DNA of 64,000 nt from an uncultured Bacilli bacterium. GTDB lineage: Bacteria; Bacillota_I; Bacilli_A; RF39; UBA660. Below the pieces are notes generated by a model. The model was not told where the DNA came from. It ran no database searches and saw only the letters and a list, made by a program, of their open reading frames with translations. The stretch spans positions 9,083-73,082 of the forward strand of contig CALVJQ010000003.1 of NCBI GenBank assembly GCA_944332265.1, written 5' to 3'. Shown here in pieces: positions 56,183-64,000 of the stretch (the stretch's first letter is position 1; every line of letters begins with the position of its first letter). The position numbers and the translations under genes were made by a program.

Positions 56183-57779
56183 AGTATACTTTTTCTACTT
56201 CAATAATCTCTGATACAGGTTCGTAATAACCAATTTTTATAGTATCATTTGGTTTAACAAATGGCAATGTATCACTTAGTGAGATAGAGATTTTATATCT
56301 TTTATTATCTGAAGTAATATAATAATATGTATAACCATTTATATTAGCAGTGTTAATACTATCAATTTTTATTTCTTTTATAGTTAATTCTTCTTCATTA
56401 GGTTCTTTTTTAGTGTTTTTTAGATAATTATCTTTGGCAGCTAGAATACCTTTTGAAGCATCTGTTACTACTACTTTTTGATAGTCTTTAACATCGATAA
56501 AGCCATACATCTTAACTAAGCCACTAGAATCCTTTAAACTTACTAAATATGTTGGTGTTCCATTTAAATTGATTAGTAGAGGGAATGTTGAAGAATAGCC
56601 CATGTCTTGAACTTGACCTTCAGCGCTACGCATAGCACTATATTCCTCTGCTCCGGGAACATTATAGAATGTTGTTTTACCGGTACGCATGTTAGTTAGG
56701 ATAAAACCTAAATTAGATTCATCACTAACAACACTTGTAATTCCTGTATATAAATAAACATCATCATTCATCGCCAAATAATTATAGCCTTCTGTTGTTT
56801 TGACAACATTTTTTTGACCGAAGATACTATTTAAGAAACCATTTTTATATGCTCCCCAGTCATCAACTTGTTCAATTATTAAATCAGCTCCATAAGCTAT
56901 ATCTACCCAAGTAGGAACATCTTCTATATTATATTTTTTTGAATCACCTGTTATAGGATCAAAGATAATTACACCAGTAACTTTAGCTTTTAAACCAACT
57001 GCGGTATATTTAATTGTTGGAATTATATAATATGGTTTACCATCATTATCTATTTCAAAAGATATTTTTCCAAAATTAATTGTTGGATAAGAGAAACGTA
57101 GTTTACGTTCTAGCTTTTCATTAAATAAAGCACTTGTTGAATATTTCATACCTTTATCTAATTTAACTAATTTAGATTCGCCATTTACACTATCAACTGT
57201 TATATAACCAACTATACCATGTTTACGATTAGTTAACCATTTTATCGGATCAGCATATTCTAAAGGAGTAACTCTAATAATAGAATCATTATAATTTATT
57301 TGGGTATATTGGGTTGAAACATTGTATTGACTTACTAATTCACTTACTTGACCCATTACGCGATCTCCTAATACTTCAGAGGATGCTCTATCTAGAAGAG
57401 GAAGTTTAGAAAAATCAACTGGTTGAATATCTTCTGTAAAATTACCATCTTCATTTATTTTTATTCTTTGTTGGTAACTTTTAGCATTAAAGATTGGCGA
57501 ACAAACAAAGTTAGCAATAATAATTAAACCAAAGATACTTAAAATAATTATCGAACTTATTGTTAAGGATTTAGGAGCTAAAGAATAATTTAGACGTCGT
57601 CCTTTACGAAATAGTTCTACCTGATTATTAGATGAAATATCTAATATCGTATAAGTTATTATAATAAAAACTAAGTAAATGTAAAATTGAAGATTATGTA
57701 AATTAAGAGCTGGTAGCATAAAATAATACAAGATAGCTCCTATTATAATAGTTATAATTATATTAATAAATTTTCGCAT
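56181..57779 (-). CDS. 532-aa membrane protein: 3 N-terminal TM helices plus ~400-aa extracytoplasmic domain, unknown function
   Basis: Start ATG 57779 behind TAGGTGAT. The 57893 start in the ORF track would overlap the upstream gene and has no RBS. Confidence 0.7.
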   Translation of the reverse strand: MRKFINIIITIIIGAILYYFMLPALNLHNLQFYIYLVFIIITYTILDISSNNQVELFRKGRRLNYSLAPKSLTISSIIILSIFGLIIIANFVCSPIFNAKSYQQRIKINEDGNFTEDIQPVDFSKLPLLDRASSEVLGDRVMGQVSELVSQYNVSTQYTQINYNDSIIRVTPLEYADPIKWLTNRKHGIVGYITVDSVNGESKLVKLDKGMKYSTSALFNEKLERKLRFSYPTINFGKISFEIDNDGKPYYIIPTIKYTAVGLKAKVTGVIIFDPITGDSKKYNIEDVPTWVDIAYGADLIIEQVDDWGAYKNGFLNSIFGQKNVVKTTEGYNYLAMNDDVYLYTGITSVVSDESNLGFILTNMRTGKTTFYNVPGAEEYSAMRSAEGQVQDMGYSSTFPLLINLNGTPTYLVSLKDSSGLVKMYGFIDVKDYQKVVVTDASKGILAAKDNYLKNTKKEPNEEELTIKEIKIDSINTANINGYTYYYITSDNKRYKISISLSDTLPFVKPNDTIKIGYYEPVSEIIEVEKVY

Positions 57780-57816
57780 TTTATCACCTAAAATTATTTT
57801 ATCATATTTTTTATAT

Positions 57817-59718
57817 TTATTGCTTTTTTTTCTTAGATAGAGATTGATAATAGTTTGATAATAGTAAGTGATGATATCCTTCTTTATCAGCACATTCTCT
57901 TAATTCTTTACTACTATAAGAAGATAAGCTAGGTATTTTAATTAATTCTTGATATATATTATCCCAAGATAAATCATGTTGAGGATTATTTTTTAAATAA
58001 TCCATTATAATAGTTCCTATTTTAGTTTCTTCGATTTCTTTTTTTACTTCAGCTATAACATCTTTATTAGGATAAAAAAATTCTTTAGTAGTAAAACGGC
58101 TTAAGTAGTTATTATAATGAATATATAGTAAATTAATATTTAGAGTTTTAAAATTATTTTGAAATTTACTTTGAATATTTTGATTATTTTTTAGATATTT
58201 AATTAATTCATAAAAAGATAATTTAGAAAAGTCTTCTTTTAAGGTTATTATTAAGTAACGGATTACTTCTTCATATATAGAATTATATTCTGATATATTG
58301 TAACTTATTAAGTATTCATTATTATAGTTTTTATTTTTTAAATATTTATATAAATTATTTAAATCTTTAGAAGATGTAATATAGTATACATAATTAGGTA
58401 AGATAATGAAAAATTCTAAGTTATCATTACGAGTATCACTCTTGATAAGAGTAAAAGATGTTATTTTTTTTAGTTCATCTAAAAGATTAGTAAATTCTTG
58501 ATCTTCTATTTGGTGCTCAACTAACATAGGAATAGTTACTTTTTCTTTTAATAGATCTAAACGTCCTATTTTTTGATAATATTCATAATTTGATAAATAA
58601 TAATATTTTAAATATATAAGACGATGACGACCATTTTGAATAAGATATTTATCTTTTCTTTTTTTGACATTTATATTAGCTGATTGCTTTATAGTGGCAA
58701 TATTTTCACTAAAAGATTTAGATAAAGCATCTCTACTTTTATCAGTATTTAAAATACCATATATTTTATCTATATCATAGAAAGGATCACCTGTTACTTC
58801 ATCATTTATATATAGAAAAGAAGAAGTAACACTTATTAATTCATAACGATTATAAGTGTATCTTGTAGAATTTATTTTTTCTTTTTTTGGTTCTTTATAA
58901 TATTTTCCTGTATTAATATCTATTTTAGTATTTTGGGTTAAACCATTATTTAAAGCACAGATAGTTAATAACTCATAATAACTTGGTAATTTAATAAATG
59001 AAAGATATGAGGGATTTATATAAGAGTTTATTTCTAAAGTATTTTTTTCTTCTGGAGTAAGAAGATTGGATTTAAAAATAACAAGTAAGGGATTTCCAGC
59101 TATTATTTTAGGGATAGTTTTTTTAGCTATTTGAGAAGCTGTTGAATATAATTCTGGTAATGTATTAGATAATCTAGTTTTTAAAATACTTTCATAATAT
59201 TTTTCTTTACTTTCTCCTATTATAATAGGTTGTTCTTGGTTAATTGGTTGTTTTAGAATATCACGATAAACAATAGATGGAGAAAAGAAAGAGGCTTTTA
59301 GAGCTTCTTTAATATTAGTAAATGCTTGAAGACTATATTTTATATTTTCAGGATAAGCAGATAAAATACTAGATAGTTTTTCTAAATTAAAGTTAGTTTT
59401 TTTAGTAAAAGAAACACTGTTATTTAAACCTAATAGTTTTATTTCATTATAATAGAAAGTATTAGTAGGATAGATAATATATGTTTCAGATAAATTAAGA
59501 TAGTATGTTATTTTAGTAAAAAGAGATTCTAATGAATAATCTATATTAGAATCGTTACTATATAAATAATAGAATATTATTTTACTTAGATTAGTTATTA
59601 CTTCATTAATATTATTATTAGAATATGAACATAGTTCTTGATAAAATGATTCTCTATTTAATAATGTTTTTAAAGTATTGGTTTTTTCTTGTAAAGGTGT
59701 TAATGAATTTGTTCCCAT
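57817..59718 (-). CDS. 633-aa soluble orphan protein with central ParB/sulfiredoxin-like motif
   Basis: INVKKRKDKYLIQNGRHRLIYLK resembles the ..y.lidGhHR.. core of the ParB N-terminal/Srx fold. The ATG lies 3 nt after the upstream stop. The rest is unrecognised. Confidence 0.65.
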   Translation of the reverse strand: MGTNSLTPLQEKTNTLKTLLNRESFYQELCSYSNNNINEVITNLSKIIFYYLYSNDSNIDYSLESLFTKITYYLNLSETYIIYPTNTFYYNEIKLLGLNNSVSFTKKTNFNLEKLSSILSAYPENIKYSLQAFTNIKEALKASFFSPSIVYRDILKQPINQEQPIIIGESKEKYYESILKTRLSNTLPELYSTASQIAKKTIPKIIAGNPLLVIFKSNLLTPEEKNTLEINSYINPSYLSFIKLPSYYELLTICALNNGLTQNTKIDINTGKYYKEPKKEKINSTRYTYNRYELISVTSSFLYINDEVTGDPFYDIDKIYGILNTDKSRDALSKSFSENIATIKQSANINVKKRKDKYLIQNGRHRLIYLKYYYLSNYEYYQKIGRLDLLKEKVTIPMLVEHQIEDQEFTNLLDELKKITSFTLIKSDTRNDNLEFFIILPNYVYYITSSKDLNNLYKYLKNKNYNNEYLISYNISEYNSIYEEVIRYLIITLKEDFSKLSFYELIKYLKNNQNIQSKFQNNFKTLNINLLYIHYNNYLSRFTTKEFFYPNKDVIAEVKKEIEETKIGTIIMDYLKNNPQHDLSWDNIYQELIKIPSLSSYSSKELRECADKEGYHHLLLSNYYQSLSKKKKQ

Positions 59719-59721
59719 ATA

Positions 59722-60366
59722 TTATTTATTTTTCCATTCTTGATATTTATCTTTAATGTAAGTTAAAGCATTATCTTTTTTTTCGGTAAAATCTTCTTTT
59801 AATTGATCTTTAATATCTCCTATAGCATTATAGTTTTCTTCACCTAGATATTCTTTTATACTATCTAGTACATCTAGATATTTTTCACTAATAAATTCAG
59901 AAGCTACTTGGTATTTAGTTTGAAAGCTTTCTTTATAATTAGGAAAATAAGCCATTATAGCTTCATCTAATGATTTAACATCTCTTATAATATCTTCTTT
60001 TAGTTCTTCTGTTAAATCATCAAAATAAAGACCATTTATTGGTTCATCAAAGAAGATAAAATCGATACCAGTTGTTACGTAGTATTTACCCTTCTCTTTT
60101 AATTGTTCGTATTCTTCACTTTCTAAATAATTAGTAATTTCTTGTTTAGCATCTTTAAAGAAAGTAAAATCTTCTTCTTTAGCAGTTTCAGGCATAGATA
60201 CTTCAGTATTATTAGATGATTCTATTTTAGAGTTATCTTCTTCATATTGAGAAGATACTGGTACTTGATTATCTTTTATTTCTTCTTTACTTTGACAACC
60301 AGTTAAAGTTATTGATAAAGTTAAAGCACTTATAATAGCAATATTTTTTAAATTTAATTTTCTCAT
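59722..60366 (-). CDS. acidic lipoprotein (214 aa), unknown function
   Basis: Start ATG 60366 behind AAAGGAAG. Signal peptide with lipobox LTLTGC. Confidence 0.7.
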   Translation of the reverse strand: MRKLNLKNIAIISALTLSITLTGCQSKEEIKDNQVPVSSQYEEDNSKIESSNNTEVSMPETAKEEDFTFFKDAKQEITNYLESEEYEQLKEKGKYYVTTGIDFIFFDEPINGLYFDDLTEELKEDIIRDVKSLDEAIMAYFPNYKESFQTKYQVASEFISEKYLDVLDSIKEYLGEENYNAIGDIKDQLKEDFTEKKDNALTYIKDKYQEWKNK

Positions 60367-60391
60367 ATATATACTTCCTTTGTATTTGGGT

Positions 60392-60420
60392 ATTATACAA
60401 TACTTTTTATAATGTGTAAA
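60392..60420 (-). promoter_or_regulatory. near-consensus sigma-A promoter of the lipoprotein / ParB-like / membrane protein operon
   Basis: Minus strand TTTACA (60415..60420), 17-nt spacer, TATAAT (60392..60397). Confidence 0.55.
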
Positions 60421-60426
60421 ATTTAG

Positions 60427-60450
60427 ATAAAAAACATGCTTAAGCATGTT
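60427..60450 (-). terminator. rho-independent terminator after the 139-aa gene
   Basis: AACATGC-TTAA-GCATGTT hairpin followed on the minus strand by TTTTTT. Confidence 0.6.
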
Positions 60451-60456
60451 TATTGT

Positions 60457-60876
60457 TTATTCGCATAATTTAGCTACATTTTCATATAAAGTAGTATCAT
60501 ATTTAAATATAGCTGGTAAATCACTACGATATACTAAATTTTCCTCACCAGCATCAAAAGCTATAAAGTTTTCTCCAGAAACAATTTTATAATTACCTTT
60601 TATTTGTTTACCTTTTTCTTTATTATCTTCATTTAAGTTAAATATTTTTTTGAAGTCATTATTTATAGAAACTAGATCTTCAGTTGAAATATTACAAGGG
60701 CGATATTCATACTCTTCTTTATCTTCGCCACCTAGTTCATATAATTTATATACTTTAAGGTCTAAATTAATAACTTCTTCTTTTTGGGCGTTATGAAAGA
60801 TAAAAATTATCAAACATATTGTTAACATGATAACAGCAACTATAATAGCTATTTTTACTTCTTTATTATTTTCCAT
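60457..60876 (-). CDS. membrane-anchored small protein (139 aa), unknown function
   Basis: GGAGTGAT RBS. N-terminal TM (IAIIVAVIMLTICLIIFIF). Confidence 0.6.
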   Translation of the reverse strand: MENNKEVKIAIIVAVIMLTICLIIFIFHNAQKEEVINLDLKVYKLYELGGEDKEEYEYRPCNISTEDLVSINNDFKKIFNLNEDNKEKGKQIKGNYKIVSGENFIAFDAGEENLVYRSDLPAIFKYDTTLYENVAKLCE

Positions 60877-60907
60877 TTTATCACTCCATTTATATTATAT
60901 CATATAT

Positions 60908-61750
60908 TTATTTTTTTAAATACTTTTGTAATGCAATATAGTTATCATTAAGGTCTTGTAAACCTAAATTATAAATAGATTGCATTTTGACAGAATCTTT
61001 TTCTAAACGACTTATTTCAATTAATTTAGAAGGTCTTATAACAAAGATTTTTCCTTGTTTTTCTAATTCCTTTATTTTATCAAGTGTATTATTATACCTT
61101 TGATAACGAGTGTTAATTGCTTCAATAAATTTAGGATATTTATGATATAAGATTTTAGGTAGTAGCTGATTAGTTTTAGTTTTACGATAAGTTATAGGTC
61201 TAGTAGTAACAACTATTACTTTATCATAGCCCATTTCAAGACATTTTTCGACAGGAATAGCATCAGATATACCACCATCTAAATATAATTTATCATTTAT
61301 TTTAACAATTTTTGAACAGAATGGTAATGATGAAGATGCTCTTAGTTCTTCAATTTGAATAGTTGCATTTATTATTTTTAAATATTCTGGTAAACCTGTT
61401 TGGACATTTGTAACAGTAGCATAAAAATCAATCTTAGATTTAGAGAATGCTTCTTCATCAAAAACATCTAATTTTAAAGGTAGTTCATAATAAGCAAAAT
61501 TTTTATTAACAAAATTTCCTGTAGTTAATAGAGAACGAAAACCCATATAACGGGGATCTTTAGCATATTTTAAATTGTATCTTAGGGAACGTCCTCTTTG
61601 TTTAGAAGCATAGCTTACGCCAAATAAGGCTCCAGCTGATACACCTATTATACCATTTACTTGAAAGTTTTTATCTAACATAGCATCGAGAATGCCAGCG
61701 GTATATAAACCGCGCATTCCCCCACCTTCTAAGACTAAACCTATATTCAT
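60908..61750 (-). CDS. patatin-like phospholipase
   Basis: GGGMRG oxyanion motif, GVSAGAL (GxSxG), DGG catalytic Asp motif. Confidence 0.9.
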   Translation of the reverse strand: MNIGLVLEGGGMRGLYTAGILDAMLDKNFQVNGIIGVSAGALFGVSYASKQRGRSLRYNLKYAKDPRYMGFRSLLTTGNFVNKNFAYYELPLKLDVFDEEAFSKSKIDFYATVTNVQTGLPEYLKIINATIQIEELRASSSLPFCSKIVKINDKLYLDGGISDAIPVEKCLEMGYDKVIVVTTRPITYRKTKTNQLLPKILYHKYPKFIEAINTRYQRYNNTLDKIKELEKQGKIFVIRPSKLIEISRLEKDSVKMQSIYNLGLQDLNDNYIALQKYLKK

Positions 61751-61805
61751 ATCTTCACTTCCTTTTTTAGTATATCATATTTTTCTTTAATTAAAAAAGT
61801 AGCTT

Positions 61806-63377
61806 TTAGCTACTTAGATTAAGTAAATTATTTTTTTCTAAGAAGTTATGTGCTACATCTTCTGGTTTTTGTCTTTCTTCATCTACTAGGTAATTTAATT
61901 CACGCATTACTTCATCATTTAAATGTTTACTTAGTTCTTGTAATAAAGATTCAATTTCTGGATAATTTTCTAATATATTATTGTTAACAATTGGAATTGC
62001 ATGATATGGTAAGAAGAAGTTTTTATCATCTTCTAGAACTACTAAATCATATTTTTTTAGTAAGCCATCTGTTGAAAAAGCATCAACGACATCACTTTCA
62101 TGGTTTATAAGTGCTAGATATCGAGGAGCTCCATCCATAGGTAGTACTTCTTTAAACTTGATAGGATATGTTTTTTCTAAGCCAAGCCAGCAATCATTTC
62201 TTTCCATAAAAGTTAAAGTTGGCGAGAAAATTAATTCTTTAGATACTGCACTTAAATCACTAATAGTCTTTAAATTATATTTAGCTGCTGTTTCTTTTGT
62301 TACAGCTAATGTGTAAGTATTATTAAAGTTTAAATCATCTAGAATGTTTAAATCGTATTGTTCTTTCATTTCTTTTTTAGAAATGTCATATACTTCTTGA
62401 ACATTGCTATTTGGATCTTTTTTTAGAACACTACCATATATTGTGCCAGTATAATCAATATAGATGTCAATATCATTACTTTGAAGGGCTGATAAAACAA
62501 TACTTGAAGAACCTAATGAAAGGCGTTGATCAACTTCAATATCAGTATTTGTTTCAATAAGATCATTTATCATATAAGAAAGTATTTCTTGTTCAGTAAA
62601 ATCCATGCTACCAATAGTTATTTTTCGATTAGCTGATTCTTTATTAAATAAAGGAGAAATAAACATTATAAGTAAAGCAATAATGACGATTATTAAAACT
62701 GCTTTTTGAAATTTCTCATTTTTAAAGAAAGATTTTTTAGCTGTATCTTTATTATATTTAGGTGTTACTAAGTTTTCTATTATACCTAAAATATAATCAA
62801 TAAATAAAGCTAGTAAGCAAGCTGGGATTGCTCCTGATAGGATTTGTAAGTTATTTATTGATCTAATACCAGCATATACTAAGTAGCCTAGACCACCAGC
62901 GCCACAGAATGCAGCAAGAGTCATTAACCCAACTGCACTAACTGCAGATATTCTAATACCACCCATTATAACTGGTAGTGCTAGAGGTATTTGGACTTTA
63001 GTTAATATTTGCCAATTAGTTAAACCTATACCACGTGCAGCTTCTACTGTTTGAGCACTTATATTTTGAATACCAATATAAGTGTTTTTAATAATTGGTA
63101 ATAGAGAATATAAAACAACCATAACAATAGCAGGTTTAGTACCAATACCTAAAAAAGGAATAGCAAAACCTAGTAAAGCCATAGAAGGAATAGCTTGAAC
63201 GACATTGGAAAAACCAAGAACTGGTTTATCTAGTTTCTTTACGTAGCTTATTAAAATACCTATAGGAATACCAATTAGTATAGCAATAAGAACTGATAAA
63301 AATGTTAATTCAACATGTTCAATTAATAAATCTATTATTTGAGATGAATTTTCTTTTAAATAATCAATTATACTCAT
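61806..63377 (-). CDS. osmoprotectant (glycine betaine/choline-type) ABC transporter, fused permease and substrate-binding protein
   Basis: N-terminal BPD-type permease (about 210 aa), an extra TM, then an OpuAC-type substrate-binding domain. 4-nt overlap with the ATPase gene. Confidence 0.85.
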   Translation of the reverse strand: MSIIDYLKENSSQIIDLLIEHVELTFLSVLIAILIGIPIGILISYVKKLDKPVLGFSNVVQAIPSMALLGFAIPFLGIGTKPAIVMVVLYSLLPIIKNTYIGIQNISAQTVEAARGIGLTNWQILTKVQIPLALPVIMGGIRISAVSAVGLMTLAAFCGAGGLGYLVYAGIRSINNLQILSGAIPACLLALFIDYILGIIENLVTPKYNKDTAKKSFFKNEKFQKAVLIIVIIALLIMFISPLFNKESANRKITIGSMDFTEQEILSYMINDLIETNTDIEVDQRLSLGSSSIVLSALQSNDIDIYIDYTGTIYGSVLKKDPNSNVQEVYDISKKEMKEQYDLNILDDLNFNNTYTLAVTKETAAKYNLKTISDLSAVSKELIFSPTLTFMERNDCWLGLEKTYPIKFKEVLPMDGAPRYLALINHESDVVDAFSTDGLLKKYDLVVLEDDKNFFLPYHAIPIVNNNILENYPEIESLLQELSKHLNDEVMRELNYLVDEERQKPEDVAHNFLEKNNLLNLSS

Positions 63378-64000
63378 TTTTCTTCATCTCCTTCTAAAAA
63401 TTGTTGACTCATGTATGTTAAAAGAGTACTTCTAGTAATTAAACCTTTTAAGTGACCTTTTTTATCGATAACTGGCATAGTTGTTATTTTATGACTATCA
63501 ATTAACTCTAAAAGATCAACTATAGAATCGGTTGGATAAGCAGCAATAAAGTCTTTTTCAATAAAATCTTTAGCTTTTTTATTATCGTAGTTAATATTAG
63601 TTAAACTAGCGGCATATAAAATACCTTGTAAAATATTTTCTTCATTAATAACCATTAAAGTATCTACTTTAGACATTTTCATTTTATTTATGCAATAAAA
63701 GATAGAAAAATTAGGACTACAAGTAACAGGGTGTTCAATCATTATATCCTCTACTTTAATTAGTTCTGGAGAACGCCATATTTTCTTTTCACCAACAAAG
63801 TTTTTAACAAATTCATTAACTGGATGTTTTAAAATGTTTTCTGGTGTATCATATTGAACGATTTTACCATCATTAATAATAGCTATTTTATCAGCTATTT
63901 TAATGGCTTCATCCATATCATGAGTAACGAAGATAATAGTTTTTTTAGCTTTATTTTGAATTTTTAATAATTCATCTTGAAGAGATGACCTAGTAACAGG
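63374..64000 (-). CDS. osmoprotectant ABC transporter ATPase with tandem CBS domains (C-terminal part; N-terminus outside window)
   Basis: The reading frame stays open to position 64000 (..[14 protein letters not shown] is the H-loop region). Two CBS modules follow. The track start at 63916 is internal. Confidence 0.85.
   Translation of the reverse strand, partial: PVTRSSLQDELLKIQNKAKKTIIFVTHDMDEAIKIADKIAIINDGKIVQYDTPENILKHPVNEFVKNFVGEKKIWRSPELIKVEDIMIEHPVTCSPNFSIFYCINKMKMSKVDTLMVINEENILQGILYAASLTNINYDNKKAKDFIEKDFIAAYPTDSIVDLLELIDSHKITTMPVIDKKGHLKGLITRSTLLTYMSQQFLEGDEEK

Noticed and set aside
57780-57893. Apparent 77-nt overlap between the 633-aa gene and the downstream membrane protein gene (possible programmed overlap or frameshift)
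   Set aside because: The membrane protein most likely starts at ATG 57779 (TAGGTGAT RBS, followed immediately by the first TM helix). This removes the overlap.
1-64000. Alternative genetic code (Mollicutes-type TGA=Trp), considered because of the extreme AT content
   Set aside because: Standard-code translation gives full-length conserved proteins. Trp is encoded by TGG, and TGA terminates the dnaB-type gene at 33301..33303 exactly where homologues end.
1-64000. CRISPR arrays, rRNA/tRNA genes, IS elements, integrases, prophage or conjugative modules, known defence systems
   Set aside because: I saw no regularly spaced direct repeats, no recombinase/transposase/terminase/portal-like ORFs and no recognisable defence-gene domains. 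Restriction-modification, Cas, and STAND/TIR/SIR2 signatures were not found by eye. This was a visual scan only.

Overview
Very AT-rich chromosomal segment (well under 30% GC by eye, not computed) from an endospore-forming low-GC Firmicute (Bacillota). It uses the standard code 11: TGA is a stop, for example at the end of the dnaB-type gene at 33301. I count about 66 protein genes, almost all on the minus strand. The plus strand carries only lexA, one small membrane ORF, a class B sortase, a DUF1540 mini-gene and one secreted protein. I saw no rRNA, tRNA, CRISPR array, transposase, integrase or phage genes.

Recognisable core genes:
- A Bacillus-like lexA / tkt / yneF syntenic block.
- Rhomboid protease, rluD-lspA, ylmC-sigG, hemolysin-III and an ABC exporter.
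- fmt, Bacillus-type dnaB-dnaI loaders, hup plus spoIVA, fhs, a SpoVIF-like gene and priA.
- A serpin, a patatin-like lipase and an Opu-type osmoprotectant ABC transporter, whose ATPase gene runs off the right edge.

Interleaved with these are many lineage-specific orphans rich in N, K and I, most with good Shine-Dalgarno sites.

No known defence or mobile system is evident. These are the candidates I consider most worth follow-up, all hypotheses from sequence reading only:
1. A three-gene operon delimited by a promoter and terminators (56158..60450): a lipoprotein, a 633-aa ParB/Srx-like orphan and a large envelope protein.
2. A tightly packed five-gene operon (9950..13312): a UDG-like protein, two YfcE phosphoesterases, an MA-peptidase-like protein and an ADP-ribosylglycohydrolase.
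3. A consensus promoter with a LexA-box-like spacer, divergent from lexA, driving a 44-aa membrane peptide. This is a candidate SOS division inhibitor.
4. A two-gene operon pairing a decayed P-type ATPase with a MYG1/DHH-like hydrolase.
5. A monocistronic fibro-slime/PA14-like surface protein gene in about 1.1 kb of extremely AT-rich non-coding DNA, with a non-canonical NPETS sorting signal.
6. A membrane-anchored serpin carrying an insertion.
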